Assembly (NCBI RefSeq): GCF_000315625.1
Contig: NW_005434598.1
Span: forward strand, 7,098 to 58,524
Length of the DNA: 51,427 nt
Origin: Guillardia theta CCMP2712
Lineage: Eukaryota; Protista; Cryptophyta
Direction: 5' to 3'
The notes beneath the pieces were generated by a model. It did not search any database. It saw nothing but the letters and a program-made list of their open reading frames with translations, and was not told the DNA's origin. The position numbers were made by a program, and so were the translations under genes. Positions 23,315 through 40,900 of the stretch are shown here, piece by piece (within the stretch, counting starts at the first letter, position 1; the number at the start of each line of letters is the position of its first letter).

Positions 23315-26126
23315 ATGACTTCAAACGGAAGTGCATTCAACTCAGTCGCTCATTCAAGAATGAAAGGAATTACATTAAATGAGGGGTTGGAAGCTGAGGA
23401 TCGCTCTAGGTCTCACCTTGAGAGTTTGTTGAACACATCTCTACAAGGCGAAGGAAAGGCAGGCGAAAGGTTGGGTGTGGTACGCCAGTTCAACTTGTCC
23501 ATGCTCGAACTTGATCTTGGTTCGGATGTCTTTTCTCAACTTCACGTTGCAAGTCCTGGAGGTGATGTTGCACCACAAGGGTGGCAGCGAGTGTTGAGCT
23601 TGGCAAAGAGGAAAAAGAGGCTTCCGACCGGAGACTCGCTGATACATCGAGTCATCATGTCAACTCGGCCTGAAATCGGAATGAAGCTGCTCAGCGATCT
23701 AGATGCAGACGACGATGTCGTCAACGATCCCTGCGGTTCAGACCTTCAAGATGTTCGGCACGTCGAGCTGGAGGATGATGGTGGTCTCTTGACAGGCTGC
23801 ACTTTGCTGCATCTTGCGATCCTCCGTCGTGAAACAGAGGCAGTAGAAGTTCTTCTGCAAAGGAAGGCTGACATCTCTGCTCGAGTCATCGGCAGTCACT
23901 TTCGTGCTGCCCACGTGTCGTCGCTCGTGTCTCCTGTGGATGGGCTTTCGCGCCCTCTTCCGACCCTCTCTCTCACAGACAAGGTGGTCGACCTCCTCAT
24001 GGGCAAGGACAGGAGGAGCTGCGCTTCCGCGCGCAGGAGCAACAGGTGGTCAGCTTATGACTTGGGAGAGTATCCTCTCAGTCTTGCTGCTGCTACAAAT
24101 AACGTTGCAGTCTGCGACAAGATCCTCGAGCACTTTCGCTCTTTGTCGAGGCAAGAGAAGGCGAGGATCAGGTCGAAGCAGGAGAAGATCTGTGCAGCCT
24201 TGCGCTCACCGCTGATGACCTTTGATGGAGACTTCATCATCAACATGCAGGACGGTCTTGGAGACACGGCTCTGCATAAGGCGGTTCTCCACAACCAGCT
24301 GGAGGCTGTTCATTGGCTGCTCCGGCATGGGGCCGCATCCTCGTTAAGCGTTTGCAACCTGGAGGGTCTCACTCCCTTGACCCTCTCGGTGGCGACCAAC
24401 AACGGGGGCATGTTTGACTTGCTCGCCTCGCAGTGCTTCACTTCCCGTCAGATCTGCTCGGACCTCTCGCCCAGCTTCGCAACTTCCCTGGAGCAGATTG
24501 ACACTTTTCTTTCCTCCTCGTCTCGTTGCCATTCGCACCCGAGGTGGAAGAGTGCCGTTGAGCTTGCTGTGGAGCTGGAACATTCCACATTGGCCCAGCA
24601 TGAGCTCTTGGATTTCGTCATCACTGACAAGTGGCAGAAGTTTGGGAGGAGGCGATACATCACCACCATGCTCTTGCCGCACCTCGCCTTCCTCGCCTCC
24701 CTCGTCTCCCTCATCGTTCTTCGTGTTGGCACCGTCGTCACCTCGCCCGCCCTGGAATCAGGGATAGGAGTGCAGACCTGGTCGCAGTACTGGGACAACT
24801 TCATCAAGGTGAAGGGGAGAGACGACGCAGGTCGCTACACGTCGGTGATTCTTCACTGTCTTGTGCTCTGCTGGTGTCCCCTGAGGATCTACAACTTCAT
24901 CATGTTTCGGTTCGGAAAGCTTGGGCGGCACCTCATCGCGCTCTTCGACACTTTTCAGCTCCTCCTCCACTTTGCGCTCCTCTGCTGCGTCTACCTCGCT
25001 TTCGCCTTCCGCCTGACGCAGATGCCGGCGAGGGAGCTCGACTGCTGGGCCTTGGCTTCAGTCTTTGCTCTCTTTGTCTTCCTCAACTCGCTTGTCCCCT
25101 GCCGCCCGGTCATGCATCTGCTATGGACGATCTACCGGCTCGTCGCGGAGGACCTGATGGCACTCGCTCTGCTCTACTCCATGGCCTCCGTTTCCTTTGC
25201 AGTGGCAGCATTACTGAATCAGAAAGGTCTGATCCTTGACAACGACTTCGCCTCTGCCCGTCTTGATACCGGATTGATCTCGCTCCTATGGGTAGGATCT
25301 TTCACCTCCTCTCCTCCTCCCTCCCCCTCCCTGCTTCCTCTGCCTGCTCCTCCCTCACCTTTCCTCCTCCCCTCCCCAATCCCTCCGTCCTGATCTGCCT
25401 CTGAAAGTCTCTCAGACAGGAACGAGCAAGCTGCAGCCACGAGAGGCTTCGGGCACTGGGTCGCAGGGGTTGTCCCTCCTCTTTCAGCACGTGCATGCAG
25501 CCGTGTGTGTTCTTCTGCTCTCGTTGCTCGTTGCTCTAGTCTTGTACAAGTGCGCCAGCAAGGAGGTCGATCGCCACCTGCCCCTGCTGCTGGCTAGTCT
25601 AGTGCTTCAGCTGGAGGGACAGCTCAGCCGCTCGCAACGAGAACTTGTGGAGCATCGGACAGGCGGAACGGAGGAGCCGTTGACCTCCCTCCGTCGCCTC
25701 ATGGGCTCTGAGAGGCAGCGGAAGAGGAGCGGAGAGATTTTGAAGCTGTACAGGAGAGAGAGTCCTTGGGAGGGCGCGGAGGAGGAGGAGAGGGCAGGTT
25801 CTCAGGAGATGAGGATGTCTTCGGGGACGAGGCGAGTAGGGGATGAGCTCGAAGCCCTCGAGGCGAAGGAGGTTGAGATGCTGGAATCCGACGGAAAGCT
25901 TTCCTTCCACCAGATTGAAGGGATATCACTAGACTACAGAAGCATGCACGACGAGGAAGAGAGGGTCTCTCGCAGAGGAGGCTCAGCGCTGGAGCTGCGG
26001 CAGGACGAGGGGGAGCACATGCTCCTGTTCAGCTCGCCTGCTGTTCCTTCTCCTCAGAGAGCATACCTTCCTGGCGCCACCGCCCGTCTTCCCCTCAAGC
26101 CCCTGCCGAGGAGCGTGACGAGATAG
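23315..26126 (+). CDS. TRPV-like cation channel (ankyrin repeats + multi-pass membrane domain), intron near 25292-25420
   Basis: TLLHLAI, GEYPLSLAAATN, QDGLGDTALH, NLEGLTPLTL and DKWQKFG match TRPV-family motifs in order. About six hydrophobic segments follow. Confidence 0.75.
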
Positions 26127-26310
26127 AGCTGAGCGCGAGTCTCCCTCCTAAGCCAAGCCCGACAACCTGTGCCTGCCTGCGGTCATGAGCTCGCGGGTGA
26201 GAGCGACGAGTAAGAGGGCGATGATGGAGAGAGAGGACAGGGCGAGCAGCAAGAGCACCACGAGCCCAGCTGTTCTCGCGTCCTTCTCAGCTTCCTGAGA
26301 GCAGAGTGAG

Positions 26311-27669
26311 TCATTCTGAGCGTATCACAAGTGAACAGTGAAGAACCTTTCGCTCCTCCTTATCATACACGCGCTTCCTCCCAACCGCCGCGTCCCTTCC
26401 CTGTTGCAAGTACGAGCCCATGACCTCGAGCGCGACGCACTTAGAACGTCGATCGTCACACGCCTCTATCTCATAATCCGCTGTCCCCGACCCGTTGCAA
26501 GAGAGTCGACACGCCGAAGCTCTCTCCCCCCCTCTTGCTTCCTCATTCCCACCAGGTTCAACAGCGTCTTTGTCAAGTTTGTCGACATGCCAGTCAACAG
26601 GAAGATCGACATCCGAACTTTCACATGTTTGGGTCTCCATGTCTTTCTTCGTCTCCTCAAGCATGTTTTCCTCTTGTTCATCTCCGTTCTGTTCTCCCTT
26701 CTCCCCGTCTTCCTCCCCATTCGCTCCCTCTACACTTTCACTGTTGCCTGAGATGTTCGAAATATCCAGCGATTCATCCAGACGCTCTTCTACAGTATCC
26801 CGTTTTAAGAAAGGTGGCTGCATGCCGATCATCACGAACAGCACATTGCAGGAAAAACAAAAACACAACACACACAATCTCTTGATCAGACGAACAGTTA
26901 TGTAAGTGAGGTACATCCCAGTGACGAGCTTGAAAGCAACTGTGGCGGTTGAGTTGTCCATACTTAGAGTCCAAAAGTCATGTATCGTCTCTCGAAAGGT
27001 AGGAAGATGTCTTTGCACCAACGCAACCAGCTCAGGCATATCTTGAGAGTCGCTGCTGTGCGTGAGTATGCATTCATCTGTGACAGCACATTCAAACGTA
27101 GCTCTGATCAGAGCTCCAAGGTTGTGCACGATCCACCCTATTCTAATCATAAGCACCTTAATGCCTTCCATGAGCCCACGATAATTTTGTTCGGATAGTT
27201 TGCTGGTCACAAGAGCGAGCGATGATGAAACAAGTTGGAATGCGCTGAAGTACGTCTTGCAAGCCACGGCGACCAGCAAGAATATGTGAACACACATCAA
27301 GTCAATAAGAAAGACAACGTGATTCCAAAAGAGCGATGCATGCTTCACATTAATAAAAAGGATGTCCAAAGTCGAATCTGTCTTTCTTTTCATGTCCTGT
27401 ACCACCTTCATCATGCATTGCTGCGTTTGCTCCCACTCATCATTGTGTGCAGAGTGCATCATCTTCGAGAGTTCCTCTTCGCACACTTTGGGGACCAAGA
27501 GAATAGCGCTTGTGATGATCGAGAAGACAATCAGAAGAAATAAGAACTGAAGCAGTGTCCACAACGACAGGAGCGGTCTTTCTTCGTTCCGCATCATCTC
27601 GTCGTATGTTGGACTCTCACTCTGAACTTCTCTTGAAGTCTTGCAATGATGAAGTTTATCTGCCGTCAA
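26311..27669 (-). CDS. Hypothetical membrane protein with acidic C-terminal region
   Basis: 452-aa ORF with several hydrophobic segments and an E/D-rich tail. The true start may be M25 or an upstream exon. Confidence 0.6.
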   Translation of the reverse strand: MTADKLHHCKTSREVQSESPTYDEMMRNEERPLLSLWTLLQFLFLLIVFSIITSAILLVPKVCEEELSKMMHSAHNDEWEQTQQCMMKVVQDMKRKTDSTLDILFINVKHASLFWNHVVFLIDLMCVHIFLLVAVACKTYFSAFQLVSSSLALVTSKLSEQNYRGLMEGIKVLMIRIGWIVHNLGALIRATFECAVTDECILTHSSDSQDMPELVALVQRHLPTFRETIHDFWTLSMDNSTATVAFKLVTGMYLTYITVRLIKRLCVLCFCFSCNVLFVMIGMQPPFLKRDTVEERLDESLDISNISGNSESVEGANGEEDGEKGEQNGDEQEENMLEETKKDMETQTCESSDVDLPVDWHVDKLDKDAVEPGGNEEARGGERASACRLSCNGSGTADYEIEACDDRRSKCVALEVMGSYLQQGRDAAVGRKRVYDKEERKVLHCSLVIRSE

Positions 27670-27899
27670 GGATAGGTACCTTCAATCTCTTACTCAGTTT
27701 GCCCGGAGCAGATCAGTTTGCAAGGCAATGCCACGATCTCGCGTTTCACACAACGCACCAGCACTCTGTGGCTCTTCTTCACTCTCTCAGCTCATGGTGT
27801 GCAATCCTTGTCTGCTGTCCTCTGCTATTCTGTTCTCTACTCATCTCGCCCTCTCTCTTCCCCTCTCTGCCTCACCTCCAACTCGCCTCGGTTTCCATC

Positions 27900-28350
27900 G
27901 TCCTACCATTCCCGCCAACTTCAAAGTAGGGAGGCGGGCCCGAATTCCTAGCAAGCGAACCCCACCCTACCCTATCCTCCTTACCCCACCCAGGCATCAA
28001 ACAATAAGAACCCTATTCCTATGGAGGCTTCTGTACAGGACCAGTACTACCAGTACCCACCCCTTATTGGACTACCCACCCTAGTGTCGGTGCTGTCCTC
28101 TTCGACTACACGAACCAGAGGAGTACCCCCACTATTTACCTCTCTTAGTGGGGTGATCGAAGGGGGTTGTTGGGAGGCCTACGTGACGGGGTATCAAAAG
28201 CAACGCCGAGTCGGACAGCAAGTGAGATCCGTACAGTGTGGGTAGGGGCAGGGGTAGGGGTAGTCACCCTTCTCTATGTGTACCCCCTGTTTTCCCTTTT
28301 TATGAAAGCCACCCGTGGAGTCAATGAAACCTACAAAAATACCTGTACCC
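27900..28350. other. ACCCC/GGGGT-rich intergenic tract in a divergent gap
   Basis: ccccaccctaccctatcc, accagtact/accagtacc, gggtaggggcaggggtaggggtag. Confidence 0.6.
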
Positions 28351-28380
28351 CCTTCGTGCAGGCAGAGGAGAGGCGGTACA

Positions 28381-30286
<1,906 letters not shown>

Positions 30287-30455
30287 GAGCGTTTGAGCTG
30301 ATCTACCGTAATGCACCTTGCTCACTCCCACCAGTTTGTTTGGATGTAAGTTTTCGTTTATACCTTTCCCGAGTAAAGATTTGAACCCTCAGAGGCAGCA
30401 AGTGGCTGGTTGGCACAGGAGCGCGAGGGATGGGAGGGGAACAAAGAGCACAAGG

Positions 30456-33316
30456 TCACAAGAGAACCAGACCAACATCAGACGGCTGCATGTCCTTCGA
30501 GCCATGTCAGTCGCAAGACCTGGAGTAGCCGTAGAGTACCTTGCAGCGCCAGTTATAGAGATAATACTGCAGGCGGCCATCGCCGATTCCGAACTTGAGC
30601 TGAGGAGAGACAGTCAGACGCAGACAAGTCAGGATGAGTCAACCTCCTTGAGAATCTCCTCGTCGTTGTCGAGGATGTTCAAGGCGTTGAACACATCAAA
30701 GTCAAGCTGCTTGGCGATGATGAGAGCTTCCGACATCAACTGCCATCCCGTTAGATGAGTCGACAATGGAAGCTCAACCAGACCTGCACAAAAGGAACTG
30801 AAGTCGCGACGTTGTAGAAAGAATAAGCCGCCTTCAGCGTCGGATACTGTAGGGGAGGCTGCGAGTGATGAAGCGGCGATCACAGCAGAGCTTCACCTGC
30901 TTGTTTCCGATGATGGTAGAAGGTAGCACGTAGAAGCTCAGCATGTCCGAGATCTCTGAGAGAATCAAACCTATTTCAGAGGAACCCCTAGGGAGCGCAG
31001 ACAGCAACAGGTTCCAACCTCGGGTAGCTGGATCTTCTTTGACGTAACAGTAGACAACTCCCTCCTGGGTCAAGAACCAGTGCTCCACCTCCGCCTCAGT
31101 GAAGAGACTGGCAAGCTGCAGTATCCTCGTCACGATCTTGTTGTGCATAGATGGGCTCTAGACCTTGAACTTGTTGAGATGCGCCGTGAGTAGCCGACAG
31201 ACGCTAGGGACGTCTTGCTTCTGGATGGGTCTGAGACCTGCACCCCTGAATCACCATCCTTGCTACAGCATTGAGTGCTTCACCTTGGAGTTGAATCTCT
31301 TCGGGGAGTTTGTAAAGCTTCAGTGTTCTTGCCATCGTCATCCGAGGTTGCAGCCGGGAGAAGCCAACCTATCCGACAGCTTCAGCCTTCACCCGACACC
31401 AACCCATGAAGCTCAGGAGGCGCGGGAACCTCAATGAGTTTCTTCGGGTTAAGAGATCGATGCCAGTATCTAGACGCTCGTCACTCCCTCCTGCAGCCTC
31501 TTACAGGTCGTCGTACCGACAGCTCGCAACCGGAGTGGGCAGCACAGCTCCAGCTGTGTAGACTGCCTGGAAAATTCCAGCACAGTTGACCCTCCGAGTC
31601 ACCTGGCGTTGAATGTGAGACAAGCCAGCCTGTGATACAGCCACATTGACCTCCTTGATCAGGACGGGTGCGAGGCGCTTCGAGCGAAGCTTCTTGTGTA
31701 CACAAAGAAAGTTGATCTCCACCGACGAGAATGGCTGAAGAGAAGAGAATTCGAGTTATCAAGATCGGATTCATCGTCCTCTCTTGCTCTTACCTGGTCC
31801 CATGCCCTCATTGTGGCGGGTATGCCTTCATCGACCATCACGAACAAACATAAAATTCAAATCGAAACCTGTAATAAACCCCACAAGCTTTCCAGACTTT
31901 TCTGTGCGGACACCAACATGCCACTCAGCCTTCACACGAAGTTAGCAGAGACAGATGCGGGAAAGCAAGGCGGTCGGGTGTCATGAAGAGCAGGTGGACT
32001 GATGGGACAAGGAAGATAAGCATGAAGGATTGGTAGTTGTATGAGGAAACGCGCGCATAGCCAGTAGGTATACGCACCTTGTAGTGAGGAGGAGTGAGTG
32101 CCCAGCGCAGGAAGGGAACGGAGTAATCGAACCGGAACATGTTGTCATCGTCTTCAACATAGTTCTGCAAGCAACTTTCATGTCAGAGGGTGAAACAAAT
32201 AAGAATCCTGAGGACTTAGAGAAGACAAAAGATGAACGAGGCGAGTGACCTCGTTCAAGAGCGTGTACACGTCTCGCATGATTGTTTCATCGAACACGTC
32301 ACAGGTGCACCAGACGAAGCCAGCAGGAAGGTTGTAGGGCTCTTGCCGTATGTCCTGCATCGAAGTCACTAAATCTCTTCGCACACTTTGCTTTGCCTTG
32401 TCATCAGGCTCGATTGGGCCTCCTGTCTCTGGTCTCTCCTCGGGCTTTCTCATGGGCTGAGTGCTGTATAGGAGAAGCGAAGGACGCAAAAGAAGCAAAA
32501 GAAGCACGTATCAGGAGCGAGGAAAAACGAGGATGGAATAACAAGATGAGCAGGAGGTCCCCTAGGGGAAGGGGATGGAACGTAAGGGAAGATAGGGGGA
32601 AACTAGGGCAGGTGAGGGAAGAAAAGGGAAGACGAAGGGGAGGTAAGGGGAGAGGAAGGGAGGGTAAGAGGAGAGGAAGGGAATGTAAGGGAAGAGGAAG
32701 GGAGGGTAAGGTAAGAGGAAGGGAGGCTAGTGGAAGCACCTCCAGAAAGCATGTTTGCCGTCACTGGTAGGGATGAAAGGAAGTAACTTCTCGCCGCCGC
32801 CTTCAACCTCAGGTGAGGAAAAACATCTCTAGGGCGCTGGAGTCTCACTTGACACGTGAAGATTCTTTATGGTCTGACTGAGAAGATTGCTGTCCATGTC
32901 TGATAGGGCTGGAACCTACCAAAACAAGTGAAAGGCTCCCCGAATCGCCTATCCCTATCTTCACCTGCAACTCTTCGGACCCTGACAGAATGGAGAATCA
33001 ACTCACAAAATACAAGGGTCCAAAGCATCTCACCACTCGTGTTCGCTTTCTTGTTTTTCTTCTTCTTCTTCTTCTTGGCACCTGGCGCTGCACCACCGGC
33101 CGCATGTTTATCTAAATGGATATATCAGATGACATGGAGGTTATTTTCACGAATCACGAAGAGGCACAGTAGAGAAAGTGAGAAAGATTTGCTTCAAGGC
33201 GTCACATCAGTATCAAGTGCTGTGTTCACCTTCATTTTCTTGTTCCTCCTCGTCCTCCTCGTCCTCCTCCTCGTCCTCCTCCTCCTCCTTTCTAGTCTCT
33301 CGTCATCCACATCCAT
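30456..33316 (-). CDS. NMT: Glycylpeptide N-myristoyltransferase
   Basis: Poly-Lys N-terminal box, [79 protein letters not shown]-terminal DVGLVLL*. The start exon is uncertain. Confidence 0.95.
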
Positions 33317-33369
33317 CTGCAGAGAATTTCTCCTGCTCCTCTCCGCTTCATTTCAGATCATTCTGAACA

Positions 33370-35581
<2,212 letters not shown>

Positions 35582-35658
35582 TGATGCGGATCAACGAGAC
35601 AGACTCTCTGTATAGTGAGTGGATTACAAAGTACATGACAAGGTCAACCGTCCGCTGA

Positions 35659-37462
35659 CTAGACTCCCTGCAGCAATAGTCAGACCCCATTCCCCAGCAG
35701 AACTTCAGCACCTGCAGGCACACGAGAGGAGCCAAGCAGATCTGCATGCCCGCGAGGACAACAGTCCCGACTATGTCTGGGTTGAGCCTCCTGAAGGAAG
35801 TCTCGTTCATGCGGAACCTCTGCACAAACCTCGTCATGCCTGGCAGTCTCAATGATCCCTCACCTTCAACACCACTTCCACACTGTGAGTGGCGTAGACC
35901 TCAAGCATGGGCCCGAGGCTGAGCACCTGCGTCTCCGTGATGTTCATCGGGTCTCTGATCATCGAGTTGGCCCCCCAGAGCTGCAACCAGTCCGTCTGGA
36001 AATCGAGTGCGAGGGAGTACAAGGTGTCTGCGGGCGACACGCACGTCTTGCACTTCTCAACATGGAAGCTGATGCAGCCAACGAGCTGCTTGTCCAGCAT
36101 GTAAACCTCGTCCGAGATGTCGAAGCAAACATTGAAGTCCTGCGCCTCCAGCCCCGCGGGAACAGTCCAATCCAAGTACTGCATCGTCTTGTTGTACCTG
36201 TCCTGGATCGGACAGTTGAAGGTCGAGTAGTCCTGGCAGAAGAGGATTTTTTCCTTCCGCGCGAGCGATGAACCAGGGAGGGTGGTTGCCAGTTGATCGA
36301 CCGAAAGATTGGGCGTGTAGTAGCCTCTTTGGTAGCCAGCCGCAGGTTCAGTCAACATGAAGTCAACATCGTTGTTGTCCTTCATTGCAAACTTCCATGA
36401 GTAGCGACATCTTGAATGTACGGTGATCTTCAGCGGAGCGTTCGGGTTGAGATTGATGTCGCTGTGGGGTTCAAGGAATAGTTCAAGATTCGGCTTGACT
36501 ACCTCGAGCGTGAAGCACTGTTCTGCTGATGCTGATGGCCACGTCCCGGCACCAGGCGAGTGTTGCTCTGTAGCATTCAGACATATGGCGTACTTCAACC
36601 CAACTTGCTGGATGTCTGGTTGGAACAAGATCTTCCGACTGTACAGGTATTGATAGCTTTCTTGTATCGCTCCTACACCATAGTAGACTCCAACCAAGTT
36701 TGACCGCATGGAGGGCCAACGGGCAGAGTCAGGTCCCCCAAATGTCTGGTCAAGCAGAAGATTGTTTGGCAATCCAGGATCCGAGCGCGTTGATATTGTC
36801 AAACGATCACACAGCGCACATGCCTCAGTCCCGTCGCTTGTCAAGTCTTCAAAGTAGGCGAAAGCTTCAAATTTTTGGCCGACACCGACCTTACTAGAGG
36901 ACTGCAGTGCGTGCATGGCACATGTTGAATTTGACATAGGATTTCTTCTGTAGAGAGGGCCGTTCCCTCTCAGAGTACAATTTTGCACATTCCTGGGCTT
37001 GACTGGAATATGAAATTTGAAACAACTTTCAGCACTGCTTTGAGACCCGTCCAGAATTTCCAAGCAGACATACCAATACGGCATAGGCACATTATCCATA
37101 CGGCTTGTCCTGTTAAATTCCAACGATAGTACAATGGATGATTGGTTTGATGCGGGGGGGTTGAGAGAAATCGAGTACTGTAGGGTACCGTCAAAGGCAT
37201 TGTCTCCGAAAGGGAAGCTAAGTGCCGATCGAGCACGGTAAGACATCACGCTTGCATTCAGAATCTGTCCAGCAGCTGTGCTGCTGAGATCAGGATCACG
37301 AACACTGATCTGAACATTGAAAGTATTGGAGGCTGAGAAAAAATCTTTTGGATTCTGTGAGTCAAAGAAAGGAGCGGCGGCTTCAGCTGAGGAACAGATA
37401 AGAATAAAAACTGCGACGAGGAAGGTCCATTCAAGACAGGCGTACCGTCTTAACCCCACCAT
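35659..37462 (-). CDS. Secreted protein with C-terminal LysM-like repeats
   Basis: Signal peptide WTFLVAVFILICSSAEA. LysM-like segments VSPADTLYSLALDFQTDWLQLWGANSMIRDPMNITETQVLSL and RFRMNETSFRRLNPDI...AGMQICL. Confidence 0.7.
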
Positions 37463-38109
37463 GTTGCTAGTCAGAACTAAAACACAACAAAACCAAACAA
37501 TTCTTCAGATCCCAACCAGCTCAACACCCTTATTTCTCATCTTTGATTCTCCTCCATGTCAAAGACGCATGTGGTGAGACTTCGAATCTTGCATTCGCTA
37601 ACACCCTGCCCTGACCAGATGCATCATCCAACTGTTGCCAAGAAGCAGCCTGCCGTTGCAAAAAGTGTCATATGAAACCTCAGGACCTGTCAAGGAATTT
37701 CGCTCGCACTAATTCGTTCTCAGGCTGCCCAGCATCGCACAACACTCGTTTCATCTTTACTTGCCTTGTTGCTAGTACTGTCGTTATCATGTGAATCTTC
37801 TATATACTCACGTCTTCTCAAACTACCTCGAAGCTCGTCCACTTCTGATTTCTTGCGGATTCACAATGGTCGCCATGCCTGATTCTACATGCAACCCACT
37901 ACCATTCTTGTTCTCACTTTCTCAACTTCTTCAGGTTCTGCTTCTCTCCTCTCTGCTCAGCCATCTGTCTCCTTACTCAGTCAACCATGTCCTCTCTTCC
38001 TCTCGCTGCCCGCTGCTTCCCTCCCATGCCGCCCTTGTGGTCGAAGGGGTGTCAAGCCGTTGATTCCGTTACGTAACCTTTCAATTGTTCCTTCCACAGA
38101 ACACCTGTG

Positions 38110-38850
38110 AATCCCTTCGGGCCGACGGATGTCGCCGGGTCCGGAACCGCCGCCGCCGGCAGTCACTCAACTTCCGAAACTCAAGAGGCTCGGGCTTCCC
38201 CTGCATCACCACCCCCTACCCCCTACCATCCTCTTTCCTATACCCATCCGCATGTACCCCCCTGCCCCCGACCACCTGGGGTTGTCCCTGCGCAATGAAT
38301 TGAGACTTCTGGGACCTGTTACACCTGAACAGACCACCCACCCCAGCCCCATCCGACGCACCTGCCACCCACCCTGCCGACTCGAGAAGACCACTATGGA
38401 CCCCAACTACACACACGGAACTGATCCCGGTCTGTTTTCAGTTTATTATTTTATTCCCCGTTTTCCTACCCCACCCCCTGACACCAACCCCACTCATGAA
38501 ACCCACCCCACCACTACCCTAGACCACCCACGGTTCACCCTCTAATTTTCACCCACCCCCGATAGTCCAATTCTTGTGCACCCTGTTGCCCTTCGACTAC
38601 CCGTATCCTCCTACCTACCTTGAACACGATGCACCCCCACGTACCACCCCCTTTACTGAGGAGGTTTGTGGTTCACTATGACTGGAGCATACAACACATG
38701 TCTTATCATTCCATATGTTCATCCATAAGTAAAATGGCCTATCCTTCTTCCCTGATCCCTACGTCGCAACGTTGTATCCCACCCCACCTGCTCCCACCCT
38801 CACACTACCCTACCCCTGCATCCCCTGCATTATACCCCCTCCAAAAAACA
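38110..38850. other. Short GC-palindromic element (about 38110-38190) followed by an ACCCC-rich skewed tract, in a divergent gap
   Basis: ccgggtccggaaccgccgccgccggcagtcactc, followed by accccctaccccctacc, cctaccccaccccc and actacccctacccc-like words. Confidence 0.6.
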
Positions 38851-39174
38851 CATCTCAATGCAGTCGCAGCTCCCCAGTGCCTGACTCCTTCACCATGCCT
38901 CCATCTGCCGCAATCGTGTCGCCCTGTTCACTCCTCCTCCTCCTCCTCCTCCTCCTCTCTCGGTCCTTCTGGTTTTCCTCTGCCATTCTTCCATCAGCGT
39001 CCCTACCCATTCCATTTCTGTCCGTTTCGTACGTTTTTGTTTTTGTTGAACTGTGACATCGCAATGGCCTATTCCACACTCCTCGCTTGAGGACTTACCG
39101 TCGTCTGACCTCTTTCTTTCTTCTCCTATTCATGGACAGTTCCTTGTGGTCTCTCCGTCATATTTCAAGCTTGC

Positions 39175-40900
39175 GAATGAATCGCAACGCGCAAGGTCGT
39201 GTGCGAGGGGCGGATTTCGATCACATGCTGAATCTCATATCAGGTGGCATGGAGGGTTATGGCTCAGCCTCTTTATGGCCTCAGGCATCAGCACCGCAGG
39301 GTGGGTTTGGCGGGATACCCAACGGTGAGAGCTCTTGAAGCGTTCATGAGAGGCCTCTGACACGCAAGAATAGATAATTTTGTTGGAGGGTTTCAAGGTT
39401 CCGAATTTGATATAATTGTTCACAAGTTGTTCATGACTGATGTTGAGCTACAGGTGGTTTAGATGCTTCTCCCCAGCTCTGGAACCAGAACAGTCAATCA
39501 AGTACGATCTCTATCCACAAAGTTGAAACGATTTCGACTAATCGCACTATGGTAGAAATGCCTCAGAATTCAATGCCACAGGCAGGCTTCGGATCATTCG
39601 TACCTCAGCTTCGGCTAGGTTTCTTTGTCGCTCTCAATAAGAGAGGTCTAAACAGACCTGCCAGGAAACACTTCGGCTCCTCCCTTCGTGCCCATGGTTG
39701 ATGCAAACAAAGGCCCGATGGGTAACCCCGTTGGCAATGCAAATGCCAAGCGACCGAATGTTTCATTGGGCATGGGAGTAGGAGGCTTAGGTAGCAACTC
39801 ACCACAGCTGGCATGGGATGGAATTCTTGGTCCCAACGGCGTCCCAGGCCAAGGCGGTGAATCTGGGTGTGTGCTATTGAAGTCTACAAGTCCTGTGAGT
39901 GACGGGTGTGCAGCATTAACACTCTATCCTCCATGTCTTCTTTGAATAATCCTTCCGCATCTCAAGCAAGAAAACCCGGTCACTACAGTACATGAATGCG
40001 TTCTCTGAATGACAAAGTTGCGAAAAGGTCCGATGGATGGGAGTGATAATGGACCAATGAATGCAAGACAAATCCTACAGGTAGTCATGTTTTCCATCAA
40101 GAAACTTGTGTTGTTTGAATGTCCTGATAGGCAGCACAAAAACTGGAGAACGCTTTGATGAATGGTTGGATTACCCCAGAACAAGCTCAGGACCAAGCAT
40201 CAAAGTTTCAGGTGTTTTGCATGTTTGTTAGATCTAGATTTGTTAACCTAGGACAAATTCCAGGCAATGCTTTCCAAGGTTAACGCGCAACCAATGCAAG
40301 ATTTCGCTTCACCTGCAGGTAGCAATGTTACAATGCTGAAAGGCTTCACTTCCAAGGGTTTTTGAATCTCGTGTGCTCTTCCCAATCGACTGTCGGCAAT
40401 GGATCGTTCGAGTATTGTTTCACAAGTTTTGACCCTTTCAAAGTTTCTCAAGGGTTGCCATCATTTGATTCGGCAAAAGTCCCAGCCATGCCGAATGGAA
40501 AAAGGAGTCGAGTAAGTGTTTGACGCTCTGTTCGGCCCTCAGCTTAGCTTGTCACCACCTAGGACTCTGATTCCGATCTAGACGGAAGTGACAGCGATTT
40601 CAGCGACGACGATGACGACTCTGACAGCGTATACCAGCTTTCTCTTGTAAAGCATGTTCCTCTTGACGGAAGCACAGAACACAAAGAAAGCCAAAGGACG
40701 TGGTGGCGGTGGTCGTGGAGGAAGAGGACGTGGAAGGGGAGGGGAAGGTGGAGGGCGTGGAGGGGCTCGCGGCTCAGGTACACGTGGAAGCAGAGAAGTC
40801 TCTGCCTTGTTGTGACTTGTCGCCATCCCAGGTGAAGGAAGGGGGAGAGGACGAGGGGGTCAGGGGTCATGGTGACAGGTTGAGCTCAGTCAGCCTCCGT
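39175..40900 (+). CDS. Hypothetical low-complexity (G/P/N/Q/M-rich) protein with acidic patch and RGG/RG tail, multi-exon
   Basis: Exons MNRNAQGRVRG..., NKGPMGNPVGN..., SDSDLDGSDSDFSDDD and [17 protein letters not shown], separated by short GT-AG introns. Confidence 0.55.

Noticed and set aside
32790-32825. HLRLKAAA in ORF 32603-32848 as another LRGG-like motif
   Set aside because: It lacks GG and appears not to be in the NMT reading frame.
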